From a virus (Duplodnaviria > Caudoviricetes), in the IMG/VR virus record IMGVR_UViG_3300034072_001300, positions 1 to 58,411 of that record: a DNA stretch of 58,411 nt; one strand, written 5' to 3'. Below, piece after piece: positions 52,003 through 58,411 of this stretch. The position numbers and the translations under genes are program-made. The notes beneath the pieces are model-generated. The model saw only the letters and a program-made list of their open reading frames with translations, was not told the origin of the DNA and did no database searches. The first letter of the stretch is position 1. Each line of letters begins with the position of its first letter.

Positions 52003-52598
52003 ATGAGAACTACATTAGATAAATTAAGAAATTTAGCAAATAAAGCAAAAGAAGATTTGCAAATTAAATTATATAATTCGGGGTTTGAGTCTTTAGAAGA
52101 TTATTTAGATTATATTCATAATCTAGAAAGTTTTGAATCATTTCATACTGTTGATGATGTTTTATATCAATTAGATTATTATGTAAATATACAAAGAAAA
52201 ATTCTAAATGAATTAGAAGGTATTAAATTTTTAGAGGAAAATAAATGAAACTATTTATCACTTTGTGTGTAATTTCGTTAATTACTTATGCAGATGTTAT
52301 TAAAATAAAAGACAAATATTATGCTTATAATGAAAATTGCTATGGAAATTCAATGGAATTGTCTTTTTATGAAGTACAAGGTATTGCCAATAATAATGAA
52401 GAAATAAACATCTTTATAGCAGACAGATATCAAAAATGCTATCATAAAGAAAAATTATATGTTAGTGATGGGTATGCTAGAGATATTAATAACAATCCAA
52501 TTTGCTCAGAAAAACAATTTAAAAACGATGATTGTCCAATAACGCCGGCATTAACAAAAAAGAATATAACTAAAATCATATTAAAAGAAATTAATTAA
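52003..52598 (+). other. hypothetical genes 52003 and 52245 (signal peptide, Cys-rich)
   Basis: coupled ORFs. Confidence 0.55.
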
Positions 52599-52634
52599 AC
52601 TTTAATATTCTTTTGTATATAATAAAATAAAAAG

Positions 52635-52799
52635 GTGAAAAATGATGATGGTATTTTAATCGAAGAACAGAAAGTTCAATTGGAACCTAAAAATATGAAT
52701 GAATTGTTTTATTATATATTCTTTAAAGAAGAAATTATTGTTGATAATTCGTTTTTATGCGATGAATTTATATTTAGAATTAAAGGAATGAAATGCTAA
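52635..52799 (+). pseudogene. 5'-truncated duplicate of gene 53477
   Basis: DGILIEEQKVQLEPKNMNELF...FKEEIIVDNS present in both. Confidence 0.7.
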
Positions 52800-53167
52800 T
52801 TAAAGATAAAAAACTAATTTCACATGAACTTTTAACAGAAGTTCTGGGAAACAAAGCTTGGCAAATGACAGGTAATAATATTGATTTTTTATTAAATACA
52901 AGAGAAAATGATATTGTATTTGAAAGAACTAGTGAAACACAATATCTTATTGACTCCGATAAGTTAGGAAGATTATGTAAAGAATGGGCATTAGAAAAAG
53001 GTTATGAATTATTTTCGGTTACTCAAAAATCAGATAAAGGTTGCGGATATTGCGAGATATGGTTTGGATTTAGATGTATTGAAAATTTTAGAGAAGAAAC
53101 AGAACTCATAGCAATTATAAAAGCTTGTGAATGGATTTTAGAAAATACAAGAGTTAAAAGTGAATAA
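52793..53167 (+). CDS. ELAHKCKEWA family copy 2
   Basis: LCKEWA, IIKACEWIL. Confidence 0.65.
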   Translation: MLIKDKKLISHELLTEVLGNKAWQMTGNNIDFLLNTRENDIVFERTSETQYLIDSDKLGRLCKEWALEKGYELFSVTQKSDKGCGYCEIWFGFRCIENFREETELIAIIKACEWILENTRVKSE

Positions 53168-54643
53168 TATCACAACAAATACCGAAGAAATAAAACACAA
53201 AACAATTGTAAAATTATCAACACAGTACTATAAAGATAATAATAGCGCTTATATTAAAAAGGTTCTAACCAGATTAAAAAGAAAATCAACTGGATATGAT
53301 TTATTACTTGAAGAATGTGATAATACTGGTTGTGAATATATGTTATCTGGTATTGTCAATTTATTTGAAGTACCTGATGGTATTTATGAGTTATGTGCAT
53401 ATAACATTGAATATAATTATTTTACTGGGTATATTGATGACTTGGAGTATATTTTAAAAGAATATAAGGAAAATAAATGATTTTACACATTGAAAAAGAA
53501 ATATTGTTAGAAAATAATGTTTTTGAATCTGAAGGTGATAAAGATGAATGTAAAGATATTCTAGAGCAGTTTACAATATTTTATAAAGAAACAAATGATG
53601 GTATTTTAATTGAAGAACAGAAAGTTCAATTAGAACCTAAAAATATGAATGAATTATTTTACTTCGTGTTCTTTAAAGAAGAAATTATTGTTGATAATTC
53701 TTGTTTATGTGAAGAAATGAGGTTCAGAATTAAATGAAAAATAGGCATTTAAAAACATTAGAGGAAAGATTTGGTGTAAATGAAAAATTAAAAACAAAAA
53801 ATGATTTATCTAAAAAATGTATTGAGTTCAATAAAAATTTAAAATTCTACTATAATAAAATCAAAAAGGATAATAGCAAATTTAATTTAAATGATGCTTT
53901 TAATTTTTGCTCTATAATACCAAAAGGAATTTTTTATCTCAGAGCCAAATCAGAAGATAAAAACACTTATGGTTCTGTTGATATGAGTGATTCTTCTTTT
54001 GCTGTTTATGAAAAGGTACCCAAACAAGTTAAATTTAAAACTGATAATTTTATGACATTTTGTAAATTTTATGTTATTGATATTTCTCTAGATGGTTATA
54101 TTTGGGTTATATATGAATACCCAAATTCTGATATAGATTATGATTTTATTCAAACAAATAAAATATTGCTTGAAGGTAATATTGGCATTTATATAAAATA
54201 AGGAAAGCTAAATGAAAAAATATTTAATTAAAAGCGTATATTTTTATTATGATGATTTTGATATTCAAGATGTTTGTGTATGTGACACTAAAGAACAAGC
54301 AAATAAACTTATTAATGAATATAAGCACCAAATCGAAACATTTAAAAAAATTAATGGATATGTTGTATATTTAGATGATGTCTATAATGAAGATGATTAT
54401 AAAAATATAGATAGTAAAAATATAATTAAACACAATAAGATTTTAAATTTATTTTTATCTGAAAATGATTATAAAAATATAAGCAATGAATTATTAAAAT
54501 CTGATGTTCATATAGAAAGAATTAACTATTTTGAGTTTTTAACTTGGCACACTGAAAAAGATACAATTATTAAAAAGATATGTAATCATATATCAGCAAA
54601 TTTAATTATAGAAGAAATAGATTATATAAAGGGTTTTAAATGA
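53160..54643 (+). other. hypothetical genes 53160, 53477, 53734, 54212
   Basis: coupled ORFs. Confidence 0.6.
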
Positions 54644-54978
54644 TTTCTAAAAAACTTATGCAAGAATTAATGAAAAATTTAACTGTTAAAGAAATTATTA
54701 GTACCGGTAATAATAAAGTAGATAATAATATCTATTATAAAGTTGAAGAAATTGATATACTTCAAAGTACCAACATTTTTGAATTAGCTCACAAATGCAA
54801 AGAATGGGCAGTTAGTAAGGGTTATAATATTTGGTCTTCTGCTTATGGGTGTGAATGCTATATAGATGGTAGAAATCTTGTAAATAATGAAAATATTAGA
54901 TTTTTAGCTTGTAATGAACCAGAAGCAATATTTAAAGCATGTGAATGGATACTAAAACAAAAGGATATAAAATGGTAG
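54640..54978 (+). CDS. ELAHKCKEWA family copy 3
   Basis: ELAHKCKEWA, EPEAIFKACEWILKQK. Confidence 0.7.
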   Translation: MISKKLMQELMKNLTVKEIISTGNNKVDNNIYYKVEEIDILQSTNIFELAHKCKEWAVSKGYNIWSSAYGCECYIDGRNLVNNENIRFLACNEPEAIFKACEWILKQKDIKW

Positions 54979-57138
54979 ATTTAATAAAAGAAATTTTAGA
55001 CTCAGGTTCGGAAATTAAAGTTATTTATAATTCAGAATTAATTTTTGATTATGATTTAACAACATTTTCAAGTGGTGATACAAATGAAATTCCCTTTGAT
55101 GAATTAGATGAAGATTATCTAAAATTTGCGTTGTTTAATGAAATTGAAATTTCTTCTGATATGAAAGAATTTTTAAAATTATTAAATACAATAAAGAAAA
55201 CATTTGGAACAGATAAACAAAAATATTGGGTAACAATAAATGAATGCGAAGATATAGTTGCAGATGAAGCATTTGAAGAATTATATGATTTATCATTTTT
55301 AATTGAACGATTCTACGATTTACAAGTTTTTGAAGTTAAATATTTAGATGTTAAAACTGTTCAAAAATTATTAAAAGGTGAATAATGAAAACAACACCTT
55401 ATAATCCATTCCTATATGAGGATAATAGATTTATGAAAATGATGAATAATTATAAAAAATTTGGAAATTTAGTAATTGGTGTTGATTTTGATTTTACACT
55501 AAATGACCCAGTAACTAAAGAAACTTATTTAGATATTGTTTCTTTAATAAAAGAACTAAATAATCTAAATTTTAAAATATGTATTTGGACAGCAAATGAA
55601 GATAGAGAATATGTTGAGAATACTTGGGCTGAACATAATTTAAAATGGGAATATTATAATTATTCTCCAATAAATCCAAGTTCATTGAAACCTCATTTTA
55701 ATATTCTTTTAGATGATTCAGCTGGTTTAAATGAATCAGTAGAACTTTGTTGGAGAATAGTTAATTATTTAAAGGAACAAAAATGCAAAAACTAAAATTT
55801 AATGAAATAATTCAATATTTAAGAGATGAAAACAAAGAATACCCAAAAAGAAAAATATCTTTAGAAGAAACTACAGCAATTTTGGTACACGAGATTTATA
55901 CTATTCTTTACAACAAAATTGAAAGAATGACATCATACGATAAAAGAGATTCAGGATGGTTGGAAGCATTTGAAGTTATTGATGATAAAATGGATAAAAT
56001 TATTTCTTTATTAAAAGATATGAATATTGAAAATTGGGAAATGGGTTTAAATGAACAATATGAAACAAAGTTTAATTATGAAAATGGGACATACTCATAT
56101 CGAGGATTCAATTATACAAATGAAGCATCAAAAAATTTTGAACGTTTATTTATGCCTTTTGAAAAATTAATTGATATTTTTAGAGATAGTAATATAGAAG
56201 AAATTAAAATAAAATCTAAATTAACTGGTGAATCATTTAAGATTATTATGAATGATAATATTTTTACTGTAGAAAAGATTTATGGAAATAAAAATGATAT
56301 TAATAATATATACTGACGGCGACTCAGGAATCAAAAGCCCTAGTGATGGTTTACAATGTAAAAAATTCTTAAATGATTATGAATATGCATTCTTAATTGG
56401 TGAAAATGAGATTAATAAGTTCTCCGAACATTGGTATTTGAATAAATTTAATTTATCTAAAATTGTTTGGAATTGTCTCAATTATATGATTCCCGATGTT
56501 ATACATGCTTTAGAAAATGGGAATGAAGATATTTTCAAAAATGATAATTATTATATAAGAACAGTGAAGGAATGCAATTTTTATCTTATTTAATTTATTT
56601 TTAATATTCTTTTATATATAATTATAATATATAAATTAAAGGATATATAAAATGGAATTAACAATACAATTTGACTTATTTTGCAACAGTAATTCACTAA
56701 AAAATGCTACAAAAAAATTTAATAAATCAAAATTACCTGTAATTGAAGTTTTACATAGTACACAAACAAATTATTTTGCAGAATGCGTTTACTATATGAC
56801 TTCAGACGAGTGTAAACATTTAGGTATAACAGGAGAAAATTTTAAAAATTTTGATTTTTATAAGTATTTTACAAATTTAATACCATTAGAATATTTGAGA
56901 ACAAGAAAAAATAAAACTGGAATTTTTGTTGATTTTGTTAGTGCGTATTTACAAAATTAAAAAAGGATATAAGATGGCTTACACTAGATTTATAGATAAA
57001 CTATATGCTAAAAGAATGGCGAGAAAATCATCATCTGGGTTATGGATTAAAATTTCAAAATTTACTGAAGATAGGACTATTCAGATAATTCGCAGAAGGA
57101 TTAATGCTCGTAAATTTAATAATTTTCTATTTCACTAA
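54972..57138 (+). other. hypothetical genes (54972, 55783, 56282, 56652, 56974)
   Basis: RBS-led ORFs. Confidence 0.55.
55385..55795 (+). CDS. HAD-superfamily hydrolase
   Basis: GVDFDFTL, IWTA, ILLDD. Confidence 0.7.
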   Translation: MKTTPYNPFLYEDNRFMKMMNNYKKFGNLVIGVDFDFTLNDPVTKETYLDIVSLIKELNNLNFKICIWTANEDREYVENTWAEHNLKWEYYNYSPINPSSLKPHFNILLDDSAGLNESVELCWRIVNYLKEQKCKN

Positions 57139-57336
57139 TTGAATATAATCATATATAAAAATGTATAAATATAAAGGTGCAAAAGAAGTTAAAGATAACA
57201 AATCAAACACTATACAATTGAAGAACATCAAATAAGATTAAATATAAAATGTATTCAAATAGAAGAGAAATTAAAATCTAGTGAAAATTAATATCTTATA
57301 TTATATAATATAACATAAAATTAAAAGGAGGTAAAG

Positions 57337-58411
57337 ATGGAAATTATTAGAACAAATAAGTACAGATTGTATCCTAATTCTAAACAGAAATTTTTACTTC
57401 ATAATATGTTTGGACAAACAAGATTTGTATTTAATTCTGTTCTAAATATGATTCAAGATTGTAAATTTGGTTCTTATATTAATAAGAAAGGTATGACTTG
57501 TGGTTCAATTCCATCTCAAACTGTTCTTATTAATCAAGTAACTGAACTAAAGAACAAATATCCATTTCTATATCAAACTGGAAATGACTTTTTACAAGCT
57601 GAGTTAAATAATTTATATCTTGGAACAAAAGGTTTTCTTAAGGGAATCTATGGTTATCCTAAATTTAAGTCAAGAAAAAATAAAGAGCAATCTATTAATC
57701 TAAGAGCTGGTTCTAGAGCTAAATTTGATTCTGAATTTGTTTATTTACCTTTTGCTAAAGGAACACAATTCAATAAATCTGATTTTAAAATTAAATACAA
57801 GAAACATAGTACAAATTATTCTCTTCCAGAGAAAATAACTAGTTATACTATATCTAAAGATAATCTAGATAGATATTGGATTTCATTTACTTTTAAAATA
57901 GAATTAATGTATAAAATAAAAGGAGCAAATAAACAATGTGGTATAGATTTAGGTATAAAGGATTTAATTATAACATCAGATGGGGTAAAGATACCAAATG
58001 ATAATTTGATTAAAAAATCAGAACTTAAATTAACTTTTCTTCAAAGAAGATTATCTAAGAAGAAAAAGGGATCAAAGAATAGAAACAAAGCTAGATTAAA
58101 AGTTGCTAAATGCCAAGATAAAATTAAAAACAAAAGACAATATAGGAATCATAACATCTCTAGAATGTTAGTTAATCTTTATGACTTCATAGGAGTAGAA
58201 ACTTTAGCTGTTAAAAATATGATTAAGAACAAATCTTTATCTAAAGCAATAGCTAACGTTTCATGGTCTGATATTATATCTAAAATTGAATATAAAATGA
58301 CTGAAAAACAAGGTCATTTAATTAAAATAGATCAATTTTATCCTAGTAGTAAAACTTGTTCTAATTGTGGTTCTGTGAAACAGGAGATGCCATTAGAAAT
58401 AAGAATATATG
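57337..58411 (+). CDS. tnpB: TnpB (IS200/IS605 RNA-guided nuclease), 3' partial; absent from ORF track
   Basis: AGGAGG RBS; KYRLYP, RFVFN, PKFKSRK, RuvC-I GIDLG, RuvC-II GVETL, YPSSKTCSNCG; open to window end. Confidence 0.92.
   Translation, partial: MEIIRTNKYRLYPNSKQKFLLHNMFGQTRFVFNSVLNMIQDCKFGSYINKKGMTCGSIPSQTVLINQVTELKNKYPFLYQTGNDFLQAELNNLYLGTKGFLKGIYGYPKFKSRKNKEQSINLRAGSRAKFDSEFVYLPFAKGTQFNKSDFKIKYKKHSTNYSLPEKITSYTISKDNLDRYWISFTFKIELMYKIKGANKQCGIDLGIKDLIITSDGVKIPNDNLIKKSELKLTFLQRRLSKKKKGSKNRNKARLKVAKCQDKIKNKRQYRNHNISRMLVNLYDFIGVETLAVKNMIKNKSLSKAIANVSWSDIISKIEYKMTEKQGHLIKIDQFYPSSKTCSNCGSVKQEMPLEIRIY

Noticed and set aside
1-58411. tRNA/rRNA genes or alternative genetic code
   Set aside because: No GC-rich structured stretch noticed; conserved genes are full length under code 11

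Overview
Very AT-rich, gene-dense segment of a large lytic T4-like (Tevenvirinae/Eucampyvirinae-like) myovirus genome; the host is probably a Campylobacterota bacterium (inference from composition and gene style only). Left part: gp17 terminase with a mini-intein, a degenerate terminase paralog, GH19 endolysin, spanins, MoxR-type ATPase and ClpP. Middle: gp44/gp62 clamp loader, gp43 polymerase, ThyA, DHFR, dNMP kinase, MazG-like enzyme, Acb1, two GIY-YIG homing endonucleases and a nucleotide-sugar/glycosyltransferase cluster beside the polymerase. Right: NAMPT plus NMNAT-Nudix (NARP2-type NAD salvage), NAD kinase, a long array of small early genes behind repeated promoters, and a TnpB running off the end. 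Most striking observations: (1) five paralogous GNAT-like acetyltransferases, three of which carry a detachable T4 capsid-targeting-like leader (F-x-[ED]-[WFY]...[LI]-x-E) that is also found on Acb1 and other proteins, suggesting a virion-packaged, injected effector set; (2) both glycosyltransferases end in the same D-[ED]-W tail as the DNA polymerase, suggesting clamp-tethered DNA glycosylation with a UDP-glucuronate-derived sugar; (3) GNAT genes sit in repeat-bounded cassettes. All assignments come from motif reading by eye, with no database search.
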